Part shown: piece after piece, positions 10,677-21,260 of the stretch | Position numbering within the stretch: position 1 is the stretch's first letter | Layout of the letters: every line of letters begins with the position of its first letter | DNA from: an uncultured Streptococcus sp. | Lineage (GTDB): Bacteria > Bacillota > Bacilli > Lactobacillales > Streptococcaceae | DNA: 64,000 nt | Direction: 5' to 3' (one strand) | Assembly (NCBI RefSeq): GCF_934196125.1 | Contig: NZ_CAKPVT010000003.1 | The notes under the pieces: generated by a model | Seen by the model: only the letters and a program-made list of their open reading frames with translations | What the model was told of the DNA's origin: nothing | Database searches by the model: none | Translations under genes and position numbers: made by a program

Positions 10677-12443
10677 ATGAGAAAAGATATGGTAGTTGTT
10701 TTAAAAGATTTGTATCGTCATAAATACACATACATTTTACGAGCAACGATTTTACAACTCCTAATCACGACAGTTGGGGCTTATGTCTTGTCACTGTTAA
10801 TTAGGGTTGTTTTGGTTGGTTCTGATATTCCAGGAATGACAACCGACAATATCTTTTCTTTTTTAAACAATCCGTTAACATTAAGTGTTTTGGTGATTTA
10901 TCTTTTTTTGCTAGCTTTTTTAGTTTACCTAGAATTTTCGCTTCTTGTTGAAATTATTCGGCACAAGGAAGGAAAACTACGGTTGACTTGGATGCGGTTA
11001 AAAGAAGATGTCATTTACTTTTTTAAAGCCATTTCAGGTTGGCATTTCGTAGCCTTTTTGGCTTATCTTGTTTTAACGATTCCGTTTTTGACTGTGATGT
11101 TTTCATCAGCTTTGTTAGAAAATCTCTATATTCCGAAATTTATCTCAGGTGAGCTTTTGAAAACGACGAATGGAAAGCTACTCTATTATGGGCTTTACCT
11201 TGTTTTAGGCTACTTAAATCTTCGATTTTTATACACCTTGCCCTTGACGGTTACTGGAAAAGGTGAACGTTTTGGGCGTAATATGGCAACATCTTGGCAA
11301 CTAACACGTGGTAAGAAAATTTTAAAATTATTTAGGCTTGCTATTGTTCTGATTAGTGTTATAGCTGTTGTTGCTGTGTTTAGTTTTCTTGGCATCAGTT
11401 TGGCGGCTTTGGTTGATGGCGCAGATAAATCGTTTTGGGTTGAAACTTTATTCTTATCCTTTGTTTGGGGAGTATTGTTTGCAGGGCGACTGCTGTTCAA
11501 ATTAGCATCGATTTCCTACTTATTACAAGTGACAGAAAATAGCAGTAGCACTTTAGTACCTGCTAATCAAGGAAAAAGACGACATCGTTTGTTAGCTTTG
11601 ACTGGACTTATTTTGGTCGTTGGTGGTATTAATTATATATACAATGTTTTGAAAGTGTCTGGCGAACCTGTGGAGTACTTAGAAGTGATTGCACATAGGG
11701 GAATGGTTTCGCAAGGGGTTGAAAATTCTCTGGAAGCTTTGGAAGGTGCGGCAAATGCTGGCGCTGACTATGCTGAAATGGATATTATTTTATCAAAAGA
11801 CCAGCAATTTATCGTTAGCCATGATGATAATCTCAAGCGCCTAACGGGCAAGGATATCACGATTTCACAATCTAATGCCAAAGACGTTATTGGTTTGAAA
11901 ACAAGTCAAAATGGATACCAATCGCAAATTGTTTCTTTCGAGGATTACGTCGCTAAGGCAAAGCAACTCGGTATAAAATTGTTAGTCGAGTTAAAACCAA
12001 CAGGCAATGAGCCTGCAAATTATGAACGATTGTTTGTTGATAAAATGAAAGAGCTGGGTGTTGAGAAATCTTATATGACCATGTCTGCGGACCTAAAGAC
12101 AATTGAAACGGTTGAAAAACTTGCCCCAACAATCAAAACAGGCTATACCATTTCTTTGCAAATTGGAAATTTTACCAGCCAGAAGGTGGATTTTTATGCG
12201 ATTGAGGACTTCTCATATAATGAGCTCTTAGCACGTACAGCGCATAAAAATGGCAAGAAGATTTACGTCTGGACGATTAATTCAACTGATGATATTGAAA
12301 AATACGTCGAAACCAGTACAGATGGGATTATTACCGATTATCCAGATTTGGTGAGTGATATTGAAGTATATTTAGCAAACGATAATAGCTATCTTGACTA
12401 TTTTTTGCGTCTAACTAACCTTTCTTGGATTGAAAATTTGTAA
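10677..12443 (+). CDS. Membrane-anchored glycerophosphodiester phosphodiesterase
   Basis: 588 aa. Polytopic N-terminal half plus a C-terminal GDPD domain (HRG...EMDI...SHDD). Confidence 0.8.
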   Translation: MRKDMVVVLKDLYRHKYTYILRATILQLLITTVGAYVLSLLIRVVLVGSDIPGMTTDNIFSFLNNPLTLSVLVIYLFLLAFLVYLEFSLLVEIIRHKEGKLRLTWMRLKEDVIYFFKAISGWHFVAFLAYLVLTIPFLTVMFSSALLENLYIPKFISGELLKTTNGKLLYYGLYLVLGYLNLRFLYTLPLTVTGKGERFGRNMATSWQLTRGKKILKLFRLAIVLISVIAVVAVFSFLGISLAALVDGADKSFWVETLFLSFVWGVLFAGRLLFKLASISYLLQVTENSSSTLVPANQGKRRHRLLALTGLILVVGGINYIYNVLKVSGEPVEYLEVIAHRGMVSQGVENSLEALEGAANAGADYAEMDIILSKDQQFIVSHDDNLKRLTGKDITISQSNAKDVIGLKTSQNGYQSQIVSFEDYVAKAKQLGIKLLVELKPTGNEPANYERLFVDKMKELGVEKSYMTMSADLKTIETVEKLAPTIKTGYTISLQIGNFTSQKVDFYAIEDFSYNELLARTAHKNGKKIYVWTINSTDDIEKYVETSTDGIITDYPDLVSDIEVYLANDNSYLDYFLRLTNLSWIENL

Positions 12444-12479
12444 GGGAAAGTTTATAATATCTAAAACGAGGTAAAATCC

Positions 12480-13694
12480 ATGAAAGTATTTGATAAATCT
12501 TCAAAGCTAGAACACGTTGCTTATGATATCAGAGGACCAATTCTTGACGAAGCTAACCGTATGATTGCTAACGGAGAAAAAATCTTGCGCCTTAATACTG
12601 GTAACCCAGCTGAATTCGGCTTTACAGCACCAGACGAAGTCATTCGAGACTTGATTGCCAATGTCCGCAATAGTGAAGCTTATTCAGATAGTAAAGGGAT
12701 TTTTTCTGCGCGTAAGGCAATTATGCAATATTGTCAGCTAAAAGGATTCCCACATGTGGATATTGATGATGTTTATCTAGGAAATGGTGTGTCTGAATTG
12801 ATTTCAATGTCTCTTCAGGCGCTTCTTGATGATAGCGATGAAGTCTTGGTGCCAATGCCTGATTACCCATTGTGGACAGCTTGTGTTAGCTTGGCGGGTG
12901 GTAATGCTGTTCATTATCTTTGTGATGAAAAAGCTAACTGGTATCCTGATATTGATGATATCAAATCAAAAATCACTTCTAACACAAAAGCGATTGTTGT
13001 GATTAACCCTAATAACCCAACAGGCGCTTTATACCCTGATGAGCTTCTTAAAGAAATTGTTGAAATTGCTCGTCAAAATGATTTGATTATCTTTGCTGAT
13101 GAAATCTATGATCGCTTGGTAATGGACGGCAACACACACACAGCAATTGCTAGCTTAGCACCAGATGTTTTCTGTGTGTCAATGAATGGTTTATCAAAAT
13201 CTCACCGAATCTGCGGTTTCCGTGTTGGTTGGATGGTCTTATCAGGTCCTAGAAATAATGTTAAAGGCTACATTGAAGGGCTTAATATGTTGGCAAATAT
13301 GCGCCTTTGCGCTAATGTCTTAGGTCAACATGTTGTTCAAACCTCACTTGGTGGCTATCAATCAGTTGATGAATTGTTGATTCCTGGTGGTCGAATTTAT
13401 GAACAACGTAACTTCATCTACAAAGCTGTCAATGACGTTCCAGGGCTTTCAGCTGTAAAACCAGACGCAGGACTTTACATTTTCCCTAAAATCGACCGTG
13501 AAATGTATCAGATTGATGATGACGAACAGTTCTGTTTGGAATTATTGAAACAAGAAAAAGTCATGTTGGTTCCTGGTAAAGGATTCAACTGGAAAGAACC
13601 AGACCACTTCCGTATCGTTTATCTACCACGTGTGGAAGAATTGGCAGAAGTTCAAGAAAAATTAACAAGAGTATTAAGTCAATATCGACGCTAA
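12480..13694 (+). CDS. PLP-dependent aminotransferase, AlaA/AlaT-like
   Basis: 404 aa class-I aminotransferase (NPNNPTG; SLSKS..CGFRVGW lysine motif). Conserved position upstream of codY. Confidence 0.85.
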   Translation: MKVFDKSSKLEHVAYDIRGPILDEANRMIANGEKILRLNTGNPAEFGFTAPDEVIRDLIANVRNSEAYSDSKGIFSARKAIMQYCQLKGFPHVDIDDVYLGNGVSELISMSLQALLDDSDEVLVPMPDYPLWTACVSLAGGNAVHYLCDEKANWYPDIDDIKSKITSNTKAIVVINPNNPTGALYPDELLKEIVEIARQNDLIIFADEIYDRLVMDGNTHTAIASLAPDVFCVSMNGLSKSHRICGFRVGWMVLSGPRNNVKGYIEGLNMLANMRLCANVLGQHVVQTSLGGYQSVDELLIPGGRIYEQRNFIYKAVNDVPGLSAVKPDAGLYIFPKIDREMYQIDDDEQFCLELLKQEKVMLVPGKGFNWKEPDHFRIVYLPRVEELAEVQEKLTRVLSQYRR

Positions 13695-13829
13695 AGAAAA
13701 AGTTATTAAAATGTTGGAAATTTGCAATTTGATTAAAAGATCAAGTGCAAAATCCGAACGTTTTAATGCTTTTTTTGATTAAAATCCGCTTAAAAAGAAT
13801 GCGTTTACAAAAATGTCGGAAGATAAAGG

Positions 13830-13844
13830 AATTTTCAGATAATT
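13830..13844 (+). promoter_or_regulatory. CodY box (AATTTTCAGATAATT; one mismatch to the AATTTTCWGAAAATT consensus) next to the codY promoter
   Basis: 14/15 match to the consensus, located 3 bp upstream of the -35 element. Confidence 0.55.
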
Positions 13845-13846
13845 GT

Positions 13847-13875
13847 TTGCAAAATAAGAATTCCTTTGATATAAT
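13847..13875 (+). promoter_or_regulatory. Sigma-A promoter of codY: -35 TTGCAA, 17-bp spacer, -10 TATAAT
   Basis: Canonical hexamers at 13847-13852 and 13870-13875. The transcript would start about 13882, inside the tandem repeat. Confidence 0.5.
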
Positions 13876-13880
13876 TGTAA

Positions 13881-13958
13881 CGCAAATAACGCAAATAACG
13901 CAAATAACGCAAATAACGCAAATAACGCAAATAACGCAAATAACGCAAATAACGCAAA
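13881..13958 (+). repeat. Perfect 9-bp tandem repeat (CGCAAATAA) x about 8.7, forming the codY 5' UTR
   Basis: Eight identical units at 13881, 13890 ... 13944 plus a partial ninth. Ends 11 bp before the codY RBS aaggaag. Confidence 0.97.
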
Positions 13959-13969
13959 GGAAGTAGAAA

Positions 13970-14755
13970 ATGCCGAATTTATTAGAAAAAACACGAAAGA
14001 TTACATCAATTTTGCAACGCTCTATTGACAGCTTAGACACTGAATTGCCATATAACGCAATGGCTGCACAATTAGCTGATATCATTGATTGTAACTCTTG
14101 CATCATCAACGGAGGAGGTACCCTCCTTGGTTATGCAATGAAGTATAAAACAAATACTGACCGCGTAGAGGAATTCTTTGACGCTAAACAATTCCCAGAA
14201 AGCTATGTTAAAGCGGCTAGTCGTGTTTACGACACAGAGGCAAACTTGTCTGTGGATAATGAATTGACTATTTTCCCAGTAGAATCAAAAGACACCTACC
14301 CTGATGGCTTGACAACTATTGCGCCAATCTATGGTGGCGGTATGCGTCTAGGTTCTCTTATCATTTGGCGTAATGATAAAGAATTCTCAGAAGATGATTT
14401 GATTCTTGTTGAAATTGCCTCAACAGTAGTTGGTATCCAATTGCTTAATCTTCAAACTGAAAATCTTGAAGAAACTATTCGTAAACAAACAGCTGTTAAT
14501 ATGGCTATTAACACGCTATCTTACTCAGAAATGAAAGCTGTATCAGCTATTTTGGGTGAATTAGACGGTACAGAAGGTCGCTTAACTGCATCAGTTATTG
14601 CTGACCGCATTGGTATCACACGTTCAGTTATTGTTAATGCCCTACGTAAATTGGAATCTGCGGGGATTATCGAAAGTCGTTCATTGGGTATGAAAGGAAC
14701 TTACCTTAAAGTCATCAATGAAGGTATCTTCGATAAATTAAAGGAATATAATTAA
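13970..14755 (+). CDS. codY: GTP/BCAA-sensing pleiotropic transcriptional repressor CodY
   Basis: 261 aa with a GAF-like N-terminus and a C-terminal wHTH ([23 protein letters not shown]). Confidence 0.95.
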   Translation: MPNLLEKTRKITSILQRSIDSLDTELPYNAMAAQLADIIDCNSCIINGGGTLLGYAMKYKTNTDRVEEFFDAKQFPESYVKAASRVYDTEANLSVDNELTIFPVESKDTYPDGLTTIAPIYGGGMRLGSLIIWRNDKEFSEDDLILVEIASTVVGIQLLNLQTENLEETIRKQTAVNMAINTLSYSEMKAVSAILGELDGTEGRLTASVIADRIGITRSVIVNALRKLESAGIIESRSLGMKGTYLKVINEGIFDKLKEYN

Positions 14756-15303
14756 TGAAAAAAGCTCTTATTTCAATTGACTATACCTATGATTTTGTAG
14801 CAGATGATGGCAAGTTAACGGCTGGAAAGCCAGCACAAGCTATTGAAGAAGCTATTACGCATATCACCAAAGAAGCCTATGAAGCAGGGAATTATATCTT
14901 CTTTGCTATTGACGGTCACGATGAGGGGGATGATTTTCATCCAGAGACAAAATTGTTCCCACCTCATAATATCAAGGGAACAAGTGGTCGTGATTTATAT
15001 GGTCAGTTAGCTGATTTATATGCAGAAATCAAGGAAGATAGCAAAGTCTTTTGGTTGGATAAACGTCATTATTCAGCCTTTTCAGGGACGGATTTAGATA
15101 TTCGATTGCGTGAACGTCATGTGACAACTGTTGTATTGACAGGCGTTTTGACGGATATTTGTGTCCTTCATACAGCCATCGATGCTTACAATTTAGGATA
15201 TGATGTTGAAATTCCTGCGGAAGCAGTCGCGAGCTTAACAGAGGAAAATCATCAGTTTGCACTAAATCATTTTAAAAATGTCTTAGGTGCAAAGATTGTT
15301 TAA
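14755..15303 (+). CDS. Isochorismatase-family cysteine hydrolase (nicotinamidase/pyrazinamidase-like)
   Basis: 182 aa (ISIDYTYDF...VLTGVLTDICV). Start overlaps the codY stop. Conserved codY neighbour in streptococci. Confidence 0.8.
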   Translation: MKKALISIDYTYDFVADDGKLTAGKPAQAIEEAITHITKEAYEAGNYIFFAIDGHDEGDDFHPETKLFPPHNIKGTSGRDLYGQLADLYAEIKEDSKVFWLDKRHYSAFSGTDLDIRLRERHVTTVVLTGVLTDICVLHTAIDAYNLGYDVEIPAEAVASLTEENHQFALNHFKNVLGAKIV

Positions 15304-15305
15304 AA

Positions 15306-15336
15306 GCTTGGAAGAAGTGGTAGACCACTTCTTTTT
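15306..15336 (+). terminator. Rho-independent terminator
   Basis: GAAGAAGTGGT-agacc-ACCACTTCTTTTTT. Confidence 0.55.
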
Positions 15337-15425
15337 TCATGTTAAAGAGGCTTAAAATATGGTATAATTTTAAGGACTGTATTGTAATTTAGGTTACGAT
15401 TTAATTTAATCAAGGAGAGATAGAG

Positions 15426-15728
15426 ATGAAAATTTCTGAAGAAGAAGTTCGTCATGTGGCTGATTTGTCAAAATTGTCCTTTTCTGAAGAAGAAACAGCA
15501 GAATTTGCGACAACTTTGTCTAAAATTGTAGATATGATAGAACTCTTGAATGAAGTTGATACAGAGGGCGTCCCTGTAACGACAACAATGGCGGATCGTA
15601 AGACTGTTATGCGTGAAGATGTGGCAGTAGCTGGTGATGACCGTGATGAGCTCTTTAAAAATGTGCCTCAATCTGAAAATTACTATATTAAAGTTCCTGC
15701 TATCTTAGAGGACGGAGGAGATGCCTAA
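15426..15728 (+). CDS. gatC: Asp/Glu-tRNA amidotransferase subunit C
   Basis: 100 aa, [17 protein letters not shown]...; RBS aaggagag. Confidence 0.9.
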   Translation: MKISEEEVRHVADLSKLSFSEEETAEFATTLSKIVDMIELLNEVDTEGVPVTTTMADRKTVMREDVAVAGDDRDELFKNVPQSENYYIKVPAILEDGGDA

Positions 15729-17194
15729 TGTCATTTAATACAAAATCAATTGATGAGTTGCACAATCTTCTTGTCAATAAAGAAATCTCAGCAGTTGAAT
15801 TAACAAAAGCAACACTTGAAGATATTAAAGAACGTGAAGCAGCTGTTGATTCATTCATCACTGTTTCTGAAGAAGCTGCGCTTGCACAAGCAAAAGCTAT
15901 CGATGAAAAAGGTGTCGATGCTGATAATGTGATGTCAGGGATTCCTTTGGCTGTTAAAGATAACATTTCAACACGTGGTATTTTAACAACAGCAGCGTCT
16001 AAAATGCTTTACAACTATGAACCCATTTTTGATGCAACTGCGGTTGAAAAACTTTACGGTAAGGATATGATTGTTGTCGGTAAAACAAATATGGACGAAT
16101 TTGCCATGGGTGGTTCAACTGAAACATCATACTTTAAGAAGACAAAAAATGCTTGGGATAATAGCAAAGTTCCTGGTGGCTCATCTGGTGGTTCTGCGGC
16201 AGCTGTTGCCTCAGGTCAAGTTCGTTTGGCATTAGGTTCTGATACTGGTGGTTCAATCCGCCAACCTGCAGCTTTTAATGGTGTTGTTGGTTTGAAACCA
16301 ACTTACGGACGTGTATCACGTTTTGGTTTGATTGCATTTGGTAGCTCACTTGACCAAATCGGCCCATTTTCTCAAACAGTTAAAGAAAATGCGCAATTGT
16401 TGAATGTGATTGCTGGTCATGATGCTAAAGATGCGACATCTTCTGACCGCGAAGTGGCTGATTTCACAGCTAAAATTGGTCAAGATATTAAAGGCATGAA
16501 AATTGCTTTGCCAAAAGAATATCTTGGTGAAGGTATCGACCCAGAAGTGAAAGAAACAATTCTTAAAGCGGCTAAACACTTTGAAAAACTTGGTGCAACG
16601 GTTGAGGAAGTTAGCCTTCCATACAGTAAATATGGCGTAGCGGTTTACTATATCATTGCTTCATCAGAAGCTTCTTCAAACTTGCAACGTTTTGACGGTA
16701 TTCGTTACGGTTACCGCACTGAAAACTACAACAATCTTGAAGATATTTACGTTAATACACGTAGCGAAGGTTTTGGTGATGAAGTGAAACGTCGTATCAT
16801 GCTTGGTACATTTAGCTTGTCATCAGGTTACTATGATGCTTACTTCAAAAAAGCTGGTCAAGTTCGTACATTGATTATTCGTGATTTTGAAAAAATCTTT
16901 GCGGATTATGATTTGATTTTAGGTCCAACTGTTCCAAGTGTAGCCTTTGGTTTGGATACCCTTAATCATGACCCTGTTGCTATGTATTTGGCAGATATTT
17001 TGACAATTCCTGTCAACTTGGCTGGGCTTCCAGGGATTTCAATTCCTGCTGGATTTGCTCAAGGGCTTCCAGTTGGTATGCAATTGATTGGTCCAAAATA
17101 CAGCGAAGAAACTATCTACCAAGCTGCAGCAGCCTTTGAAGCAACAACTGATTATCATAAACAACAACCGATTATTTTTGGAGGTGACAAATAA
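15728..17194 (+). CDS. gatA: Asp/Glu-tRNA amidotransferase subunit A
   Basis: 488 aa with the amidase signature ([12 protein letters not shown]). Start overlaps the gatC stop. Confidence 0.95.
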   Translation: MSFNTKSIDELHNLLVNKEISAVELTKATLEDIKEREAAVDSFITVSEEAALAQAKAIDEKGVDADNVMSGIPLAVKDNISTRGILTTAASKMLYNYEPIFDATAVEKLYGKDMIVVGKTNMDEFAMGGSTETSYFKKTKNAWDNSKVPGGSSGGSAAAVASGQVRLALGSDTGGSIRQPAAFNGVVGLKPTYGRVSRFGLIAFGSSLDQIGPFSQTVKENAQLLNVIAGHDAKDATSSDREVADFTAKIGQDIKGMKIALPKEYLGEGIDPEVKETILKAAKHFEKLGATVEEVSLPYSKYGVAVYYIIASSEASSNLQRFDGIRYGYRTENYNNLEDIYVNTRSEGFGDEVKRRIMLGTFSLSSGYYDAYFKKAGQVRTLIIRDFEKIFADYDLILGPTVPSVAFGLDTLNHDPVAMYLADILTIPVNLAGLPGISIPAGFAQGLPVGMQLIGPKYSEETIYQAAAAFEATTDYHKQQPIIFGGDK

Positions 17195-18636
17195 TGAACT
17201 TTGAAACAGTCATCGGGCTTGAAGTCCACGTTGAGTTAAATACAAATTCAAAGATTTTTTCACCGACATCAGCACATTTTGGTAATGAACAAAATGCCAA
17301 TACAAATGTTATCGACTGGTCATTCCCAGGTGTTCTTCCTGTGATGAATAAAGGTGTTATTGACGCTGGTATTAAAGCAGTCTTGGCGCTTAACATGGAT
17401 ATTCACCAAAATATGCACTTTGACCGTAAAAACTATTTCTATCCTGATAATCCAAAAGCTTACCAAATTTCACAATTTGATGAGCCAATTGGCTACAATG
17501 GTTGGATTGAAATTGAGCTTGAAGATGGCTCAACTAAGAAAATTCGTATCGAACGTGTTCATTTGGAAGAAGATGCTGGTAAAAATACTCACGGTACTGA
17601 TGGTTATTCTTATGTTGACCTTAACCGTCAAGGTGTGCCGTTGATTGAAATCGTTTCAGAAGCTGATATGCGTTCACCAGAAGAAGCTTATGCTTACTTA
17701 ACAGCTCTTAAAGAAGTCATCCAATACACTGGTATTTCTGACGTTAAAATGGAAGAAGGTTCTATGCGTGTGGATGCCAACATCTCTCTTCGTCCATATG
17801 GTCAAGAAGAATTTGGTGTGAAAGCTGAATTGAAAAACTTGAACTCATTTAACAACGTGCGTAAAGGGCTTATCTATGAGCAAAAACGCCAAGCACAAGT
17901 TCTTCGTTCAGGTGGTCAAATTCAACAAGAAACACGTCGTTATGATGAATCAACTGGTGAAACAATCTTGATGCGTGTTAAGGAAGGGGCATCAGATTAT
18001 CGTTATTTCCCAGAACCAGACTTACCACTTTACGAAGTGTCAGACGAATGGATTGAATCAGTTCGCAAAACATTGCCAGAATTTCCAAAAGACCGTCGTG
18101 CCAAATACGTCAATGAATTTGGTTTGACAGCTTATGATGCTGCGCAATTGACAGCAACGAAAGCAACATCTGATTTCTTTGAAAGTGCAGTTGCGCTTGG
18201 TGGTGATGCTAAACAAGTTTCTAACTGGTTGCAGGGTGAAGTTGCTCAATTCTTGAACAGCGAAAATAAGACACTTCCAGAAATCTTGTTAACACCTGAA
18301 AATCTTGTTGAAATGCTTGCTATCATTGCTGACGGCACTATTTCATCAAAAATTGCTAAGAAAGTCTTTCTTCATTTGGCTAAAAATGGTGGTTCTGCGC
18401 GTGAATACGTTGAAAAAGCTGGTTTGGTTCAAATTTCTGACCCTGCTGTGCTTATTCCGATTATCCACCAAGTCTTTGAGGACAATGAAGCTGCTGTTGC
18501 CGACTTCAAGTCTGGTAAACGTAATGCCGATAAAGCCTTCACTGGATTCTTGATGAAAGCCACAAAAGGTAAAGCAAACCCACAAGTTGCCCTTAAATTG
18601 TTGGCACAAGAGTTGGCAAAATTGAAAGAAGACTAG
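17194..18636 (+). CDS. gatB: Asp/Glu-tRNA amidotransferase subunit B
   Basis: 480 aa, [15 protein letters not shown]...; overlaps the gatA stop. Confidence 0.95.
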   Translation: MNFETVIGLEVHVELNTNSKIFSPTSAHFGNEQNANTNVIDWSFPGVLPVMNKGVIDAGIKAVLALNMDIHQNMHFDRKNYFYPDNPKAYQISQFDEPIGYNGWIEIELEDGSTKKIRIERVHLEEDAGKNTHGTDGYSYVDLNRQGVPLIEIVSEADMRSPEEAYAYLTALKEVIQYTGISDVKMEEGSMRVDANISLRPYGQEEFGVKAELKNLNSFNNVRKGLIYEQKRQAQVLRSGGQIQQETRRYDESTGETILMRVKEGASDYRYFPEPDLPLYEVSDEWIESVRKTLPEFPKDRRAKYVNEFGLTAYDAAQLTATKATSDFFESAVALGGDAKQVSNWLQGEVAQFLNSENKTLPEILLTPENLVEMLAIIADGTISSKIAKKVFLHLAKNGGSAREYVEKAGLVQISDPAVLIPIIHQVFEDNEAAVADFKSGKRNADKAFTGFLMKATKGKANPQVALKLLAQELAKLKED

Positions 18637-18704
18637 GGTAAAAAATCAACTTTTGAGCTAGCCTTTTGTTATGATAAATTAAGATAACAAGTTGGAGTTG
18701 ACAT

Positions 18705-19256
18705 ATGTTCGTTTTATTATTACTAGTCATCAGTTTAGTCTTCTGTATCGTTTACTTCAGGAAGAAGTCTAACTGGCTGCTATGGTTTAATCTTGTTTTT
18801 GTTTTATTGACATTTTTCTATAAGTTGACTAAAATAGGGCTGGCTAGTCAAGATTTAGCTTTACGAATTAATTATGATTACTATCTATTTTCTTTATCAG
18901 TAATTGCATTTCTTTTCGGAATTGTTGTTAATATCCTCTATATCTATGAGGATAGTTGGTTAGAAAAGTTAGTTCTAGGCTTTGGCTTAGTTGTTGGTTC
19001 AGTTTTTATCTTTTTTGTGCCTTTCTCATTTTACTATGCTTCGGGAGCTATTAGTGAATATGAAACCATTAGAGAAAATGGTAAAACTTATGTTTTAGCG
19101 GGAGAAAGTTTTAATTTTCATCGTTCTTTTCGTCATAAGTATGAGGTGGTGTCTAAATATCTCCGCCATGCTAAACCGATTGATTATGATATTGATCATC
19201 TTAGTGAACGATTTAATGATGGTAAATCTTACGAAGATTATTATGATATCAAATAA
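18705..19256 (+). CDS. Hypothetical polytopic membrane protein (AT-rich accessory DNA)
   Basis: 183 aa with about 4 TM helices. RBS ttggag. Marks the start of a low-GC island directly after gatB. Confidence 0.45.
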   Translation: MFVLLLLVISLVFCIVYFRKKSNWLLWFNLVFVLLTFFYKLTKIGLASQDLALRINYDYYLFSLSVIAFLFGIVVNILYIYEDSWLEKLVLGFGLVVGSVFIFFVPFSFYYASGAISEYETIRENGKTYVLAGESFNFHRSFRHKYEVVSKYLRHAKPIDYDIDHLSERFNDGKSYEDYYDIK

Positions 19257-19386
19257 GAATTATTTGATATGCAGTACTATTATTATTTAACGACTATAAT
19301 ACTTAAGGCTAGCAAAATTGAAAGAAGATTAAATTTTAAGAAAAGCATATAAATCAAGGAAAATCATAAATAGAAGTTTGCTTTTT

Positions 19387-19596
19387 ATGGTATCAATGTT
19401 TGTAATAACTAGCATGATTTATTTTAGTAACTATGAGTTTATGTGGTTGTTTATTGTAGGTCTTTCTGCACTAAGTGTCTCTTTACTGATAGGAATACGT
19501 CACATGAGGTATAACCTAGTTGTAAAGAATATAACCGTAGATAATAGAGAGAGTTACAAGGTTTTAAAAAAATTAGAAAAAGAAGGTGTATTTTAA
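19387..19596 (+). CDS. Hypothetical small membrane protein
   Basis: 69-72 aa with two hydrophobic helices. Weak RBS; start is ambiguous (TTG 19378 or ATG 19387). Confidence 0.25.
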   Translation: MVSMFVITSMIYFSNYEFMWLFIVGLSALSVSLLIGIRHMRYNLVVKNITVDNRESYKVLKKLEKEGVF

Positions 19597-19598
19597 GA

Positions 19599-19733
19599 GT
19601 TCCATCGGGTAATGAAGCTGGAGCTTGGCAAGGAATGTGGATACCAGGTGGTTTTACAAATGCAGGAATCCCAGAAGCAGTTATTAATCAGATCCTCTCA
19701 GATGGATATAAAGTAATAGATGTATTTAAATAA
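19599..19733 (+). pseudogene. Remnant of the last about 45 codons of a toxin-like gene (VPSGNEAGAWQGMWIPGGFTNAGIPEAVINQILSDGYKVIDVFK*), with no start codon
   Basis: The open frame runs without ATG/RBS into a stop that sits 17 bp before the RBS of the downstream immunity-like gene. Its position mirrors the toxin C-termini of the cassettes downstream. Confidence 0.3.
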
Positions 19734-19750
19734 AGAAAGGCGGATAACTA

Positions 19751-20093
19751 TGGAGGAAATATTTCCAGGAAATGGTTTTGCAGTTGTAAAAAAAAAGATA
19801 ATACGTACACAATTGAATGGCCTCAAGGGCCATTTGACCAGACAGTTTCTTACCCAATAACCAAAGAATTGGCAGATAAAGCTTTCAGATTCTATGACGA
19901 TGCTTATGAAGTAATGATATATGCTGAGACTGGTTTGTGGCCAGAAAAAAATACAGAAGATGAAGAAAATGAACGAGTAAGAAAATTCCCAGAGTTATTG
20001 ATAAAAGTTCCTGATAATCAAGATTTATTTACAGAAGAAGAATTGAAAACATTGATACCTTTAGGAGAAAAAAGTTTATCAGAAGAAGAGTAA
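19751..20093 (+). pseudogene. Immunity-like small acidic protein interrupted by a +/-1 frameshift in an A9 homopolymer (19788-19796)
   Basis: RBS aaaggcgg. ATG at 19751 gives MEEIFPGNGFAVVKKK, then 9 A's. Beyond that the other frame continues DNTYTIEWPQGPFDQ...EELKTLIPLGEKSLSEEE up to 20093. Confidence 0.45.
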
Positions 20094-20105
20094 TTTAATA
20101 AAGTA

Positions 20106-20261
20106 AAAAGGCACTTTACTATCTGATTGGCGTCGGATAGTAAAGCCTTGACTAGTAAGAGTGAACTCACTAATCAAGTTGCCAATAGCTAACAAAAAGC
20201 TAGCTGTATTTATTGTACAAAAATTCAAAGGACTTTTCTAGTCTTTTTGAGTGTTTCTTAA
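20106..20261 (+). repeat. Cassette-junction repeat, copy 1 (12-bp-stem inverted repeat plus conserved spacer), ending at the toxin-module start
   Basis: Nearly identical to 21104-21260 apart from compensatory changes in the hairpin arms. Hairpin 20110-20147. Confidence 0.85.
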
Positions 20262-20837
20262 ATGTACAATCATTTCAGTAGCATGGTCAAAGGTGCTTCA
20301 TCCACGAAGATGGAGCATGTCGTGAAGATGATGCAGAATAGTGGTAGAAGTAATTATAAAAATATTATGACCCAAGCTAAGAATCTTCAAACTGCACAAG
20401 CGCTCCTAAATGAGAAAGCCAGTGGGGCTGGTGAATTTAATATAAATGAAATTCGACCAAAATTAAAAACAGATTCAGATACTGCATTTTTCTGGTCTGG
20501 TAGAACAGATGGTGTTGGAGGAGCTGACATAGCAGCAAATGTAGCAAAAGGTAAAGGCGGTACGACTTTAGAGTCAACAATAGCGAATAAAAATATTAAA
20601 ATGCCTGAATGGGATTTTAATAACCCAAGTTCAATGGAAGCTTGGGACTTGGCTTCAGGAGCTTATGCAGAACAAGTTTCTGGTCAGGTTCGTGCAGTAG
20701 TAGGTTCAGAGTTGAGACCTGGCAATATATGGGAAAATGTGGAGTTACCTCGATTAAAAAGTAATCCTAACGTAACTCAAATTACTACAATTGACCCAAA
20801 AACAGGAATTGAAAAAATCATTTTTGAAAGGAAGTAA
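20262..20837 (+). CDS. Orphan polymorphic-toxin C-terminal module 1 (conserved 56-aa N-terminal segment plus variable 135-aa domain of unknown activity)
   Basis: The first 168 nt are near-identical to the 21261 paralogue, then diverge sharply. No SD in front of the ATG (…gtgtttcttaaATG). Followed by a small gene with an RBS. Confidence 0.55.
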   Translation: MYNHFSSMVKGASSTKMEHVVKMMQNSGRSNYKNIMTQAKNLQTAQALLNEKASGAGEFNINEIRPKLKTDSDTAFFWSGRTDGVGGADIAANVAKGKGGTTLESTIANKNIKMPEWDFNNPSSMEAWDLASGAYAEQVSGQVRAVVGSELRPGNIWENVELPRLKSNPNVTQITTIDPKTGIEKIIFERK

Positions 20838-20842
20838 ATTAA

Positions 20843-21076
20843 ATGAAAATTACAGGGAGTAGCTCACACGTGAAATTTGATTTAGAAAATGGATATGCGG
20901 TGAAGGCAGACGGAGAAATGTTAGTAGGAGGGAAATTTGTAGCTTTTAAAGATTCAATGAAAAATTGGGAGCCACCACATGAAAATGAAGAACTTTCAGA
21001 AAAAGAAATTCAAGAAATTATTCAGCAGGTAAAAGAAAATACAAACGAAAATACTGTGCAAATTTCATTTGAATAA
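20843..21076 (+). CDS. Putative cognate immunity protein 1 (77 aa, acidic)
   Basis: Strong RBS aaaggaag. Starts 5 bp after the toxin-module stop. Confidence 0.5.
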   Translation: MKITGSSSHVKFDLENGYAVKADGEMLVGGKFVAFKDSMKNWEPPHENEELSEKEIQEIIQQVKENTNENTVQISFE

Positions 21077-21103
21077 ATAAGTAATATATTGAATTTAAAA
21101 ATA

Positions 21104-21260
21104 AAAAAGGCACTTTATCACTAGACTGGTAATCAAGTGATAAAGCCTTGACTAGTAAGCATACACTCATTAATCAAGTTGCCAATAGCTACCAAAAGAT
21201 AGCTGTATTTATTGTACGAAACTTCAAGGGACTTTTCTAGTCTTTTTGAGTGTTTCTTAG
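21104..21260 (+). repeat. Cassette-junction repeat, copy 2
   Basis: Hairpin 21109-21147 (GGCACTTTATCACT...AGTGATAAAGCC) followed by a conserved 110-bp spacer. Confidence 0.85.

Noticed and set aside
13881-13958. Possible CRISPR array
   Set aside because: The unit is only 9 bp with no spacers and no cas genes, so it is a microsatellite.
13741-14109. ORFs of 122, 73 and 71 aa with VICVICVIC / ITQITQITQ / ALFALFALF periodic peptides
   Set aside because: They are read-through artefacts of the 9-bp tandem repeat in the codY leader in three frames/strands. No RBS, and they overlap the codY promoter and start.
20262-20430. Treating MYNHFSSMVKG... as a bona fide independent translation start with a signal peptide
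   Set aside because: There is no Shine-Dalgarno sequence or promoter in front of either copy, and an in-frame stop sits immediately upstream. The segment is hydrophilic, not a signal peptide. It is more consistent with a homology arm of silent cassettes.
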